A DNA stretch of 54,596 nucleotides from Octopus bimaculoides (lineage: Eukaryota): contig NC_068983.1 in assembly GCF_001194135.2 (NCBI RefSeq), positions 17,961,320 through 18,015,915 on the forward strand. The letters run 5' to 3'. Position numbers and translations under genes: made by a program. Shown piece after piece: positions 40,575 to 53,546 of the stretch. Numbering within the stretch: position 1 is the first letter of the stretch; each line of letters begins with the position of its first letter. The notes beneath the pieces were generated by a model. The model did not search any database. It was given only the letters and a program-made list of their open reading frames with translations, and was not told the origin of the DNA.

Positions 40575-41037
40575 GGCGCAGGCGTGCCAGTGTGAATAGG
40601 TACATGCGTAGCTTTGTGGTAAAAACTTGCTTCTCAACCATATGGTTCTGAGTTCAGTCCCACTGTGTGGCACATTGGGCAATATCACCTCCTATCGCCT
40701 TGGGTCGACCAAAGCCTTGTGAGTAGATGTGGTAGACGGAAAGTGAATGGGCCTGTCACCCCCACCATATATATATATAGATATATATAGATATATATAA
40801 TATGTGTGTGTGTGTGTGTGTGCGTGTGTGTGTGTGTGTGTCTGTGTGTGTGTGTTTGTCCTTCCACCGCTTGACGACCAACGTTGTTTCCGACCCCCTA
40901 AAACAGCGGTTCGGCAAAAGTAATCGATGAATAATTATCAGACTTTGAAAAGTAAGTATTGTGGTCAACTCATTCGACTAAAAATTCTTCAATGAGGTGC
41001 CCTAGTCTAATGACTAAAACGAGTGAAAGGTAAATAA
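40575..41037 (+). mobile_element. SINE family 1, diverged full-length copy
   Basis: ggcgcaggcgtg head, gagttcagtccc B box, ccaaagccttgtgagtagatgtggtagacggaaa body, (TA)(TG) linker, gcggttcggcaaaag, tail aatgactaaaacgagtgaaagg. Confidence 0.85.
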
Positions 41038-41901
41038 TTCTTGTTAACACCGGTCTTGTTTCTGTTTAGAAAGTAAGGTGAATCAGATTTTGCACAAGTG
41101 TGATGGAAGGCATTCTAATTATGAACAACCCATTCATTATATCGAAAAATGTACCAGGGTTCCTCATTCTCCAGCATTCCAGTCTTTGTTAAGAAAACGG
41201 AATGTTATACGAAATTGATTGAGATGCTAGATTACAGAACGGAGTAACAGCATACCGGTGCCTTCATTTTGTTTTTAAAGAGATATAAACCAATTTATAA
41301 AACTGAATGAGCCTTCTACGTATCTGCTTGATCTTGTATAGAAAATATCCCTATGATCCTGAAGTACTCCTTCTGTACTACAGAGTGATCACAAGTGAAA
41401 AACCTTTTATTGCCAATAAACTACTGCTCTAGTATCGAACTAAACATAAATGGCGTTAGTAAATGATGAAATGGTCCCATCTTAGAAGTTCTCGAAACCG
41501 CATTTTAGGGAAAGATAAGCTATTTTTAGTCTTTTACTATAAAGACATCGTATATTCATTTTTAAACTACAGGATATGTTTACTCAATTGAAAACAGGAT
41601 GCAGCTGTCTGCAAGGAAATTCAACTTAAGGTGTATCTATTTAACAAAAACTAATAGCGATAATCTTTGAATAAACTTCATTTATTGGCACTATATAAAT
41701 TTATTCTTCATTAGTTTGGTCATTTCGAAATAGTGAAGCAAATCACCTCTGACATACAATATCCTGTGAACAAAATATATTTATCATTATGACATTTACC
41801 TGCTGTTAAATAAACGTCTGTCTGGTAAATAATAGACTTTCTTATTCAGAACTTAGAATATAACATAACACTACTACTACTAAAAAAAAAAAAATAATAA
41901 T

Positions 41902-42048
41902 AATGGTTTGGAATTTTTCCTCAAGGGCAGCCATTTTGTGGAAGAGGATGTGTCAATTACATCGACCCCAGTGTTCAACTGGTACTCAGTTTATCGACCC
42001 CGAAAGGATGAAAGGCAAAGTCGACCTCGGCAGAATTTGAACTCAGAA
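41902..42048 (-). mobile_element. SINE family 2, 5'-truncated, with (AAT)n tail
   Basis: Minus strand ttctgagttcaaattctgccgaggtcgactttgcctttcatcctttcggggtcgataaactgagtaccagttgaacactggggtcgatg. Confidence 0.9.
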
Positions 42049-42079
42049 GGTAGCGCTTTAATAATAATAACAATAATAA

Positions 42080-42175
42080 TTCTTTCTATTATGGGCACAA
42101 TGCCTGAAGTTTTGGGGAGGGGGATTTTTCGATTACATCGCCTTCCCCCAGTACATGATTGATACTTAATTTATC
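42080..42175 (-). mobile_element. SINE family 2, short 3' fragment
   Basis: gattacatcgccttccccagtacatgattgatacttaatttatc parallels 41955-41996; own (AAT)n tail at 42060-42080. Confidence 0.65.
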
Positions 42176-43344
42176 AAGCGCTTACTCATCTCTGGCTCTC
42201 ATGCTCTGGTCTCAAACCCGAAAATGATCGTAGTATATGACACATATACATTATTGCTGGATATTATATCATTACCATATAGATGATATAAACAGTTGAC
42301 TTCACAAGACACAACTCAAAATACGCAAGGCAAAAGTTATGCAGTGTAGGATATTTTACTACCACATCTTTCATTTATACAATCTCGTTAATAATTTTGA
42401 AAGAAATACCTTCTATATTAAGAGAAACAAAAATGAAAAATGAGGTAATCATACATTATCAACAGTATATTAGGCGTCACTTAATGCATTTTGAAACCGT
42501 AAAGCATCCTCAGATTGCTATACAGTAGTTGATAATTTGTTCTTCAACGCTCGCTGCACATTATTATTACCTAGCAAAAAGCTTTCGGTCATTAAATGTG
42601 CAATCATATGAAAACTGTGCGTGATAGTGAGATCGTCAAACACGATTCGCCTGAAGCATATTTCAGATAGTGATATTTCTAGAAGTAAATGAGATGTGTG
42701 TATTGATTTATACGATTATCAGATTGTACTTTACAGATTCCTGGGGGAGAAAGAATCACAAACCGTTGCATTAATCGGCGGTCATTTTTTCGAAAATTGC
42801 CGAGGTCTGTTGATTTGTTCCAGCATGGAATTATGTAATTAAAAACGATATGATAGAATATATGAAGTTTATTGATTGTTATTAATTAAATATTAATTTT
42901 AGTAAAATTATTTTCATAAAGTAAATTTGCTATGAAACGTCTTGCTCTATAATGATTATTACATCAACATTTGTATTGTGATTTCTTGAAAACAAGACAA
43001 TAGACGGGGTAAAAAAAAAACATAAGGTTCACTAATATTTTACTAAAACACAGTAAAACTTTAATTACTAACACTCTACATGAACAAACGGTAAATTGTT
43101 TTCAAATATAGCTGGAAAAGGATGAGTAAAAGCATACAGCTGTTTCTTTTTATTTAGTACCGTGCGAAGATAAATCATTTCTGCTTGCAAATGACTTCAA
43201 ATAAAAAGGTGAGGATTCTCTGTTCAGTATCAAGTTGTGTACTAGGTTAAAAATGGACTTGAATTACAGACGAACACTAATTAAGGAAGAAGGTTATTTC
43301 AATGTTTGTATTGTAAAACACAGAAGAGATTATGAAAAATATAG

Positions 43345-43556
43345 AAGGCCGGTGAGGTGCCGGCAGAATCGTTACCATGTCGGACAAAATCCCTTACTAG
43401 TATATTTTGCGACATTTTACGTTCTGAATTCAAATTACGCCGAGGTTTCCATCCCTTGAAGATCGATGAAATATACCATAAGTCAAGCACTTGGTTGCAA
43501 CCGACTAATCCTTCCCCTTAAAATCACTGGTTTTCTACCAAAATCCGAAACCATTA
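43345..43556 (+). mobile_element. SINE family 2, near full length, diverged
   Basis: ggccggtgaggtgccggcagaatcgtt head; ttacgttctgaattcaaattacgccgagg B-box region; tail aaaatccgaaaccatta is the reverse complement type of 41902 taatggtttggaattt. Confidence 0.8.
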
Positions 43557-43949
43557 CAAGAGACGCAGATAAAGCATATTCATTGAATGATTTCAATGAA
43601 CCAAAATGGATTTAGTGAATGATATAAATCTGCTAGGATGCTTTTGCAATTTTCAATAGGCTATACTCACGATAAAGTCATCGTATAATGAGTACTTCAA
43701 GGAAAAAGGGATACTTAAATCACAGTAAAGGTGAAAAAAAGCGTTATATACAAAAAAAAAGAAGGGCGGATATACTATAAGAGTGTGACAGTGTTATGAA
43801 CTGTGAGTTTAGCGAGTAGGTCAGCGAACAATGATAGAAACAAAACTGTAATCATATCTTCTTAGAACCAATATCATAATGTCCTTTAAAGACCTATTGA
43901 CTGACAGATGATGTTAGCTTCATGGTACATATGGCAAAAAATGTCGACA

Positions 43950-44375
43950 ATACAGGTGTAGGTATGCAACCAGGTGTTTTAGATTTAGTCCCAACGCGAT
44001 GCGCCTTCAGCATGTCTTCTCAAGCTCCGAACTGGCCAATGTTTTCTGAGTGAATGTGGAGGAGGGAAACTCTGTGGAAGCCCGTCGGATATATATATAT
44101 ATATATATATATATANNNNNNNNNNNNNNNNNNNNNNNNNNNNNNNNNNNNNNNNNNNNNNNNNNATATATATATTTGTGTGTGTGTGTGTGTGCTTGTG
44201 TTCCTTCCGCACATGCCGGTTTGTTTACCTCCCCGTAACTTAGAAGTTAGGCCAAGGAGATGGTTTGATTAAGTATCAGACTCAAAATCAAGAAATGGGA
44301 TTTGTTCGACCAAATGCATCGAGGCTGTACCTCAGAATGGCCGCAGTTTAAATAATGAAATAAGAAAACAGTAAT
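43950..44375 (+). mobile_element. SINE family 1, highly diverged, with gap in its linker
   Basis: ggaaactctgtggaagcccgtcg before the (TA)n linker; tgtttacctccccgtaacttag and aatggccgcagttt after it. Confidence 0.7.
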
Positions 44376-44785
44376 AAAATAATAGATGAAAATATAGTCT
44401 ATGAAAATGAGATACTGTTCCCAAAATGTTTTAAGAACTGACAGGTTAAAGAAAGAGTTGTTAAGTTAGTGGATAATGTGGATAGGTATTACATTTATAG
44501 GGAGAAAACAAAACCGAAGCTACAGTAATATGACCAAGGAGTAAGATTTATTGAAAGAGACTAAGAAAGAGAAAAAAAGATGACCACTCTGAGAAAACCA
44601 ACGTACATAATATTAACCCTAAGATTACACACAGAAATCGGATATAGACAGAAAAAACAAACAAACAGCTGCTTAATATGCAAGAGGAAGAGTGTTGAAT
44701 GTAACTACAATGAAAAGCAAGTGTACAACAAATTAAATAGGATATTACGAAATGGTTTTGGAATTTATCTTTAGTATATTATCTT

Positions 44786-45117
44786 CTATCTTTTACTTGG
44801 TTCAGTCGAATGTGTCCATCCTAGTACTCATTTTTTTAAAGCCAAGTACTGACTCTGTCAGAACCTTTTGCTGAACTGCTAAGTTACGAGTACGGAAACA
44901 TACCAGCGTCGTTTGTCAAGCGATGGTGGGGACAAACACAGACACAAAGACACAGACACACAGATATACACATACCACACACACCTCTACCAGATCCACT
45001 AACAAGGCTTTGGTTGGCCTGAGGCTATAGCAGAAGACACTTACCTAGCATGCGACACAGTGGAACTGAACCCGGAACTATGTGGTTGAGAAGCAAGCTT
45101 CTAACCACACAACCATG
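44786..45117 (-). mobile_element. SINE family 1 (-), diverged
   Basis: ttttgctgaactgctaagttacg, tgtcaagcgatggtggggacaaacacagacac, acaaggctttggttggcctgaggctatagcagaagacactt, tggaactgaacccggaactatgtggttgagaagcaagcttctaaccacaca. Confidence 0.88.
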
Positions 45118-45777
45118 ATCAGCTATGTAGCAAAATTCTGCAAGAGAGGAACGAATGCTATATGCAATGGAAGCAATTTATAATACGGTCAACATCATCA
45201 ACCATTTACTGTAATCAAAACTTGTGTTTCTCGAACGTATTGTTTAGTTAAATTTAGCAGTCCTTTTTGATATTGTAAAATTTTCCTTTCGAACTGATTA
45301 TAATAAATGGCTTCCACTGTAATAGTAGCTGTAGTGAGACACTGGCAGGAGGCTGCTATGGAATGAATTAAAAGCATGATAACAGAGTTAGACACAACGA
45401 CATCCTCTATTTTGCGAGAATCAGTGGATATTGAGAGACGTGCTGCTACTAAATCTGATGCATTTAAAACATTAAAAAAAAATTGATCAACGTAGAACTG
45501 ACTTCCATATTAAAACAAATCTATTACATAGGAACCGGAAACTGGATTATATGAGATATATAGGATATGCAAATGAGTTTGGAGAATATTGCTGCATCTC
45601 GCACTAGGCTATACTGGAACGAAATATTTAAGCAAACAACTCCCAAGTAAAGAAATAAAAATATATTAAATCAATAAGCCCTTAAGCTCATTCATTATTT
45701 GCTAATCCGATTATACGATATGCAAATATGCACTCAAATATAAATACGATTTTATAGCTAATACATTGAATCAAGGA

Positions 45778-45806
45778 CTACTACTACTACTACTACTACT
45801 ACTACA

Positions 45807-45850
<44 letters not shown>

Positions 45851-45851
45851 A

Positions 45852-45889
<38 letters not shown>

Positions 45890-45890
45890 A
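45778..45890. repeat. (CTA)n microsatellite
   Basis: Direct reading. Confidence 0.97.
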
Positions 45891-45913
45891 AATAGCAACG
45901 ACAACAAGACAAC

Positions 45914-46092
45914 AATAATAATGATTTCAAATTTTGGCACATGACCAGACATTTCGGGGTAAGGGTAAGTCAATAAAATCGATCCCAGTACTCAACTGGT
46001 ACTTATCTACCCCAAAAGTACGAAAGGCAAAATCAGTCGCAGCGGAACTTAATCTCAGAGCGTAAAGCCGGAAGAAATGCTGTTCAGGGCTT
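45914..46092 (-). mobile_element. SINE family 2 (-), diverged
   Basis: atcgatcccagtactcaactggtactt, cgaaaggcaaaatc, ctcagagcgtaaag; (AAT)n tail at 45914. Confidence 0.75.
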
Positions 46093-46106
46093 TGTTTTCA
46101 GTTATA

Positions 46107-46225
46107 TAATAAGAGATGAGGAATTATGTACATTACTTACATTTGACGGATATTTGCCCTCATTTTGTTTGTTGTTAACACAACGTTTCGGCTCATATAC
46201 CCTCCACCCTCCATCAGGTGTCTTG
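46107..46225 (-). mobile_element. 3' end of a Penelope-type tail carrying a mutated hammerhead motif (inverted partner of 46277-46474)
   Basis: 46129-46190 is the reverse complement of 46403-46465 (ccgaaacgttgtgttaacaacaaacaagatgaggacaaatatcc..caaatgtaa) and extends through the hammerhead core. Confidence 0.75.
46177..46222 (-). ncRNA. Minimal type I hammerhead motif, probably inactivated (A9>G, weakened stem II)
   Basis: Minus strand gacac-CTGATGG-a-gggtg[gagggtatat]gagcc-GAAA-cGTT|gtgtt. Stem I gacac/gtgtt 5 bp; stem III is the palindrome ACGT. Confidence 0.55.
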
Positions 46226-46276
46226 ATAGTAAAATATTAGATTTATAAGCCCTAAAATTCACTTCTTAATTGCCCT

Positions 46277-46474
46277 GGCATATGGCGTAGTGGTTAAGAG
46301 CGCGGTCTACTAACCCCAAGATTCCGAGTTCGATTCCAAGCAGAGACCTGAATAATAATAATAATAATAATAACATCGACAAATAACCTTAGGAATTAGA
46401 ACCCGAAACGTTGTGTTAACAACAAACAAGATGAGGACAAATATCCGGCAAATGTAAATAACGTAAATAATGTA
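46277..46474 (+). mobile_element. tRNA-headed element with (AAT)7 linker and Penelope-type 3' tail (internal deletion)
   Basis: A box tggcgtagtgg 46283-46293, B box gagttcgattcc 46326-46337, anticodon-like loop ctactaa, (AAT)7 46351-46373, then ccGAAAcgttgtgtt tail from 46403. Confidence 0.75.
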
Positions 46475-46761
46475 AACCCCCACTTCTTGTTTTCAGCCCT
46501 TGCTTCTATTTTCGAAGTTTCTCAGTGATAAAAATTTGCCACAGCACTTCTAGAGACTATATAATATAAATACACTCACATGCGCACAATATATACGTGT
46601 GCGTGTGTGTGCGTGCGAGTGTTAATGCAGAGAGAAAGAAACAGCACCCTTACTATGTGTATTCCCTCTAATTTCAATATACGTACATATATTTACATTA
46701 TCCACACACACACACACAAACACATACACACACATATATAAATACATACGCACACATATAC

Positions 46762-46794
<33 letters not shown>

Positions 46795-47025
46795 GATTTA
46801 TATGTAATTATTCGAATTATTCATATGCGTTTATATATTTTGAAGTTGTCCTCCGGCAAGTATGCAAATATAGCAACGAGAGAAATGACAAGAAAGTATT
46901 GCTCTGAGCTGCTGACCCACTGCTATCCCCAGGTAAATTTAAAAGCGAAATCTATTTACACTATATCTGGCATATGTAACACACCGCCGCAGGATGTGTG
47001 TTCTGAGAAACGTCAATGTACACAT

Positions 47026-47058
<33 letters not shown>

Positions 47059-48218
47059 ATGCGTAAAGTACATACACAAAGAGCATACATGGATAAATAT
47101 ACATACATATACTCACACATATGCAGCGGTCTTATGCATCTGTATGCATATTTAAGTAAAAGATTGTGTCTAGGCAGCCTGTCTGTGGTCTGTTTCTTTA
47201 AATATTGTTTATATAAAAAATACAAATCTTTTAAAGTTTCTATGAGTAGATTTCCATATATTTCTTATAATATTTTAGGGAAGCGTGTAAGGACCGAGTG
47301 AAACTTTTGTTGCTTCCTTGTATTGCAAACACTTTTTTCCCCACAGTATAAGAACTTCGCACTTTACAAATGCATGTACTATAAAACTCTCAAACAAAAA
47401 TGCCACAAACCTGTCTTCAGCATATCCATTGACTACTGTGTTGGACACAGTATTGTGTTTTTTCATTAAAAAAAATATGTTGCCAAAGTTTGAGTGTATT
47501 AAGTTAAATAGAAACTAAATTGTGATAAACGGAATCAGCTCAATCAATATTGAAAACCATTCGTATTGTTACTTTAAAATTCTGATTGGCCCACTTCTCT
47601 TCGTAATTCCAAAAAGTGCCATTACAAATGACACCAAAAACAGAATAATACAAATTTTCGTGGCCACTCTAAGATTCAGTAATTTTTCAACTGAGTATTT
47701 GACCCAAAAGCGGTTTTTCAATTGGTTAATCAAAAGCAATACTCTCTTAAAGGAAAGAAAATGCTACCCATCTACTATAGAATAGATGACCGGTTTAAAC
47801 AGCTATACTCACTTGTGTCAGGTGAACATGCAACCATATAAGAGAATTGATAATAGTTTTCAAAAGCAGCTTAGCAGTAAAGTTCACAAATTGAAATCAA
47901 AATGCCTCCAAGGTCACCCTTTTGAATCTTTGGCATCGACTAGCAAAAAAGTTCCAAACATCCTCAGTTTTCTATTCTCAAACTTTTCACGGTTTCCAGT
48001 GAAATAAGCCAAATAGTTTTTATGTTTACTGAATCAGTAAATACATTTTAGGCCAGAGACTTGTTGCTCGTAATTAACTCCGAAAGCGATACTGAAATAT
48101 GGGTGTATTATTTCGTTCCTTGTTACCAATTGTCACAAAAGATTTTTTTTGTCCATTCTTAGTTGCATTATCTTTGCGATAGAAAACAAACAGTCAGGTC
48201 GTTATTAATGGTGCTTCT

Positions 48219-48263
<45 letters not shown>

Positions 48264-48583
48264 NNNNNNNNNNNNNNNNNNNNNNNNNNNNNNNNNNNNN
48301 NNNNNNNNNNNNNNNNNNNNNNNNNNNNNNNNNNNNNNNNNNNNNNNNNNNNNNNNNNNNNNNNNNNNNNNNNNNNNNNNNNNNNNNNNNNNNNNNNNNN
48401 NNNNNNNNNNNNNNNNNNNNNNNNNNNNNNNNNNNNNNNNNNNNNNNNNNNNNNNNNNNNNNNNNNNNNNNNNNNNNNNNNNNNNNNNNNNNNNNNNNNN
48501 NNNNNNNNNNNNNNNNNNNNNATATGTATTCACGCTACTTATATACATATATATGCATACGTATACACACTCACACTTCGTCA

Positions 48584-48620
<37 letters not shown>

Positions 48621-49565
48621 TCATATACATAAATATATATTTATTAAAAATTTGGTGACTAAGGCTTTTTTGCCTTCCCAAACCTGGATGAAAGGCGAAG
48701 TTGTTGGTATTTACATAAAAGAGACTTAGCTCCGGGCATACAAGGCGCTAATATCTTCATTCGTTTGTTCAGGGCATTATTCTCTGGAATCAAAATTCTT
48801 AATATTTCGCTGAAATGTTGTGCTGCATGTTTGATTTGAAGCTTCAGATACATTTACGAACATGTGAATATCTAGACCAAAACTATTCGATATATTTACG
48901 TTCAAATATCCGCCTTGCTTGATATACGTATTTAAATACTACCTTAGAAAACAAGTATAGTTTGGTATTTTGTGTTTATGTTATTACTTATGATATACCA
49001 ACTACTAGTATTACTGTATCAAATTTCTATTATGCGTATATTACCATGATATATATTCATTTTAAATATAATTTTAAATATTATATAGTCATTTTACATA
49101 TTTACTTTCTTGAATGATTTTCTTTATCTATGTGAAAAACATTTCATTTCATTTTTCTTACATTTTACTGCAATAACGCTCAGGCCGGTTGACATCTATA
49201 CACTTGCTTCCAAACATTTATCTTTTCTCTCTTTCTCGAAGTGAAGTATTTTAATACTACCTTGAATATCATTTACTTTACTTTCCCATATCAACTTTTT
49301 CACGTAATATTGCATTTTACCTTGTATCAACCAGTTATGCGATAGACACACTATTTACCACCAAAATCCTAAATCATCTCAAACAAATCACCCGTAACTT
49401 TCAACATTTTATAAGCGCTCTGAAGCGTTCGTAATCTAAGGAAACATAGTCTTGTAGAAACTATCATCTAAATAAACACATATACAGACATACACATATA
49501 CAAACATACATATAATGATTAATGACTTGAAGGGAAACGCTATTTCGTTATGCAACCATAATATA

Positions 49566-50114
49566 CAGGGTGGCCCAAAATTAGGTTTACAGTTATTCAA
49601 CTAACTCTTTCGCATTCATATATTAACAGTTTAATTATGAAAAAAATATGAAATAATTTTTCAGCAAGATGGAACACCTCCACATTATGCATTGACAGTA
49701 AGAGACTGTTTTAACCAAGTCGTTCCACAGTGTTGGTTTGGAACACGGGACAGCATCGAACGGCCACCACATTTACCTGACACCAATGGAATTCTTTTTT
49801 GGGGTGTTGCAAAGAACAAGGTTTATGAGAATCCCAAAACAGTAAATGAATTAAAAGATTACATTTCTGACGCATTCACTGAAATTGGAGATCGGAATTT
49901 GTGCCATAGTGTGTGTCAGAGTCTTCTGAAGGGGTTTGAAGACTGTTGCAATGTTGAAAGAGAACATTTTGTGCATGTGAGAAATTAAACATTGTCTGTT
50001 TAAGATGTACATAAATAATATGATTGTAATATATAAATTTAAATGTAATAAATATTTTAAATGAAATTTAAAGTGCCTACGTACGAACTGCTAACCTACT
50101 TTTGGGCCACCCTG
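49566..50114 (+). mobile_element. 549-bp internally deleted Tc1/mariner element (maT/DD37D-like), transposase C-terminus retained
   Basis: 29-bp TIRs cagggtggcccaaaattaggtttacagtt / aactgctaacctacttttgggccaccctg with TA on both sides (49564-49565, 50115-50116). FQQDGTPPHYALTVRD...ERPPHLPD..FWGVAKNKVY (WPPRSPDL..FWG equivalent). Confidence 0.92.
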
Positions 50115-51960
50115 TACTACAAAGTATATTAAAAGTTTAATAAACTGTGTAGTATTTTATGGTTGCATAACGAAATACCGTGTCCCTCAAGTCATTAATA
50201 TTTACGTACCAGCTTCCAGGAATGTGTGTAATATGTAAAATTGGTATACCTAATAACGTTACACCACTATATTTAGTCGCTACCCAAGCAATGAGTTCGT
50301 GGATAATTAATGGGTTGGCTAGGTTTTGATGCCACAGCAAAAGCTCTTGAAATATGTCGTATACCCCTATTACCCATTTTCATCTTCAATCTGAATGTTT
50401 GTTTATATTTGGCGTTTAGGATACGAAACGTCGTAACAAAATGAGTGCTGGCTATAATTTCTATTGAAAATCTGTGGAGATAAACTTAGCAAGTGATATA
50501 GATGATTGGTTGTGCGTGCGCTAGTGTAAATGTATATCTATATAAAATTATTTTTCTCTGCTTAAATTGACATTGCTTAAGATGAAACCAGACGGATTGT
50601 GTTAGTAATTCATTATTGCAGGCTTCCAGCTGTGCTTCGATTTAATCTAGATTGGAATTAATAACCATATTAGATCACGCAATGTTTGGCTGTAGCTATT
50701 GTGATGCATTACTTGACTCTATGAATTTTAATCTAGCTGCAAGCTTGGACAGATTATGAAGGTGTATCTAAATTTGTTTCTCTGCTCTATCGCTTTTCAC
50801 TTTTCTCTCATTTTTTTTTCATTCCACACGGGTTTTCAGTTTTTAAAATACTCCAGTGCGTCCTTCTCTTCTGTCTATCTGGTATGATTATATTTTCTAT
50901 CCCGTTGGTAAAACACTACTAAATTTAGGAAACCAAGTGCAATGTTTTGAATCAAACTCAGAACTAGACTGGCATTTATGTTAACGTTGATGAAAGGATA
51001 AACGATGGACCGCTAAGGATTCAAATCCAGAATTCTGAAGAAACGTAATTAAAAACAGCCAAGTGCTGAATCTTCAGTCTTCCAGCTGTTCCTCTCGACA
51101 CCCTAATACGTTCTTTTCTAAATGTTGCACAACACCACGTAATGTGTAATGAGATACAATATTTCTTATATCCATATAGTGTGTATGTAAATACAGTAAA
51201 GTTTTTAATAACCAATTGACATGACGAAATATAACTGAGATCTCTCTTCGGTGGGGATAAAATAATTATCAGTCAAATACTGCATGTAATGAAAAACACA
51301 ACACTCAAATCTCGTAATATTTGAAGTGTTTTACCAACGAGGAAAAGATCCCACCAATCAAACAGTTAAACAGGAGGGAGAGACGGGCAGAAATGCTTTC
51401 GAAAGAGAAAGGCGTTTAAAGATCGAGAGAAAAGTTCAAACCAATAAAGTAGAGAAACAAAGACAGGTACATCACTAATATGTTTGCCACGATATTCTTA
51501 GACATCAAAATGAGTAATGGTAAGTTACTTCGATCTACAACATTTTATTTCGAATCAGTTTATGCCAGCGCAAATAATCACTTTTGAAGCGTTTCTATTG
51601 ATTATCATTTCCTTCTTTGTAAGATAATGCGTAGAATTTCCAACATCTGTTGCCGTCTTCTAGCAGGAAACAATGAAATAAAATGGTGATTCTCAACTGG
51701 GATTGGTACGAGACGCTCAAGTAGATATATTTACATGAAATATCAATAAAATGTGAAAGCAAATAAAACAGAATTTATAAAGGCAAACCTTTTTTCGTCT
51801 ACTCGTCTGGTATTAGACGTAGACGTCCGCAAGTAATTAAAATCCGCTTCGGTAAGTATTTCAAACAAAGGAATTTCCGTTTGGTAGTGTTTGAAATAAA
51901 ATGGAATTCGTAGTAAAAAATGTAACACACAGCCATTCACATTTATAAGAATGTCGACGC

Positions 51961-52003
51961 CACCACTATCGCCTTGACCACCACTATCGCCTTGACCACC
52001 ACC
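51961..52003. repeat. 18-bp tandem duplication (caccactatcgccttgac) x2.4
   Basis: Direct reading. Confidence 0.9.
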
Positions 52004-52480
52004 AACATAAATTTTTTCTTTACTAATACTGTCGATTCATAAATACAGTAAGACGTAGCAAATTATTTCCAAAACTTGCAAAAAAGTTATATAAAATGTT
52101 ATGGAATGGGCAGAAACTTTCCACTTTGTATGAATAAATGCATATTAAAAGCAGCAAATTATAAATATTACACAACAACAATTAAAGAAATAGAAACTCA
52201 CAAAATGATAAAATGCAGTGTACTAAAAAAGACAGGAACTATATAATTAAAGACATTATCACGAGAAGACGGAGCATTAAAGAAAACAAACTTCTAATCC
52301 TTGTGATAGAAACTGGTACATATAGAGATGCGAGTAAGGATTTTCCAAGTTGGATGGAAAAAAGGTAAACAATGTGTGACGCAAATGCCTCTTTCACAGT
52401 GAAAACAGGCTTTTACTACTGCAATCACATATGTTTTACCAGTTGACTTATAAAGTTTCTGCATTTATTTCTCCGAAGGT

Positions 52481-53470
52481 CGGCGAATGACACCACGAGT
52501 GTCGCCATGCTCTCGAGCAGCTCTGCCATCCGGGTTCAAACTTGCGCGATTTCAATTCTATGAAGGCGTTCTATAGAGGTTTAGTGGAGGGGAGGTGCGA
52601 TGACGTTCTTGAGGAAACTCTGGGCATCGACGACGAATACCTAACCCGCCTTTTCAGGACCAATTTCGGGCCAGGACCTATGGACAATTTCCAAAGATCC
52701 CTGGCCTCGCAGTGTTATCGGAAAGCATTGCCCGTTGAAGATAAGTTATACAGACACGGATCAAGAAACAGTGGACCAACGTGTCCGAGATGCGGTCAGA
52801 GCGACGAAATCGTTCTGCACACACTCATGCAATGTCCAAACATTTCATACCTGTGGGAGTATGTCGATCGGCTACTGTGACGGGTGGGACGAATTCGGTT
52901 GTCAACCGAATATATCGTAAATATTACCCCGCCATCTTCCTTTAAACGAGAAGGCGAGGCACTTTTCATCGTACTGATGGCTACGGTGAAAGAATGTGTA
53001 TTGGTGAACTCGTTTGAAAGGTTTAGAAACAAACACAATTCTCTCTGGCCGACATCACGTCAACTTATTCCAGTATCACTTGAAGAGGAAGGTAGGAGTA
53101 GAGAGGGAAGCATTGTCTAATGAAAGCTTTAATAAACGGTGCGTGAATTTAAGAAAAATGGTACGCATGAATGGTGGAACTACTTTGAGCATGAACCTAT
53201 GACGCAAGAAGATAGAGAGCACTTTGCTCTTATATTGTTTTTCCATTTACTGAGGTTACCATGGTTTTTTCGTAGGTTTTCTTTCCACAAATGACCCTAT
53301 TCAATGTTATATTTACTCCCACTTTTGGAAACTCTGATTGTTAAAACGACACCTTGTTATCGCCTTGTATTACACGTCCCCAAACGTTTTCGATCTCTTT
53401 TGATCGTTTTCGAAAAGAAAAATTCTACATTGTATTGTCTCCTCTGTGTTCGGACCTGCGTGGCTAATAT
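52481..53470 (+). mobile_element. Tx1/L1-type LINE 3' fragment (ORF2 C-terminus with CCHC zinc motif plus 3' UTR)
   Basis: ORF 52542-52880 contains CYRKALPVEDKL and CPRCGQSDEIVLHTLMQC (52782-52835), a zf-RVT-like motif. GC-richer than flanks. T-rich 3' UTR ends gctaatat directly into (CTAC)n(CTAT)n. Confidence 0.85.
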
Positions 53471-53494
53471 CTACCTACCTACCTACCTACCTAC

Positions 53495-53532
<38 letters not shown>

Positions 53533-53546
53533 GTCTATCTATCTAT
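53471..53546. repeat. (CTAC)n-(CTAT)n microsatellite at the Tx1-type 3' junction
   Basis: Direct reading. Confidence 0.96.

Noticed and set aside
42738-42840. Acceptor-like ctttacag followed by a short open frame (IPGGERITNRC...); similar case near 17790
   Set aside because: No good donor site or protein similarity; host exons cannot be called without RNA data.
46277-46350. Possible tRNA gene (Ser-like anticodon arm)
   Set aside because: A and B boxes are present but there is no acceptor stem pairing and it is fused to a repeat tail; treated as a SINE head.
47522-48007. Two consecutive in-frame ORFs (87 aa and 73 aa) separated by one stop
   Set aside because: No recognisable domain or splice context; expected by chance in AT-rich DNA.
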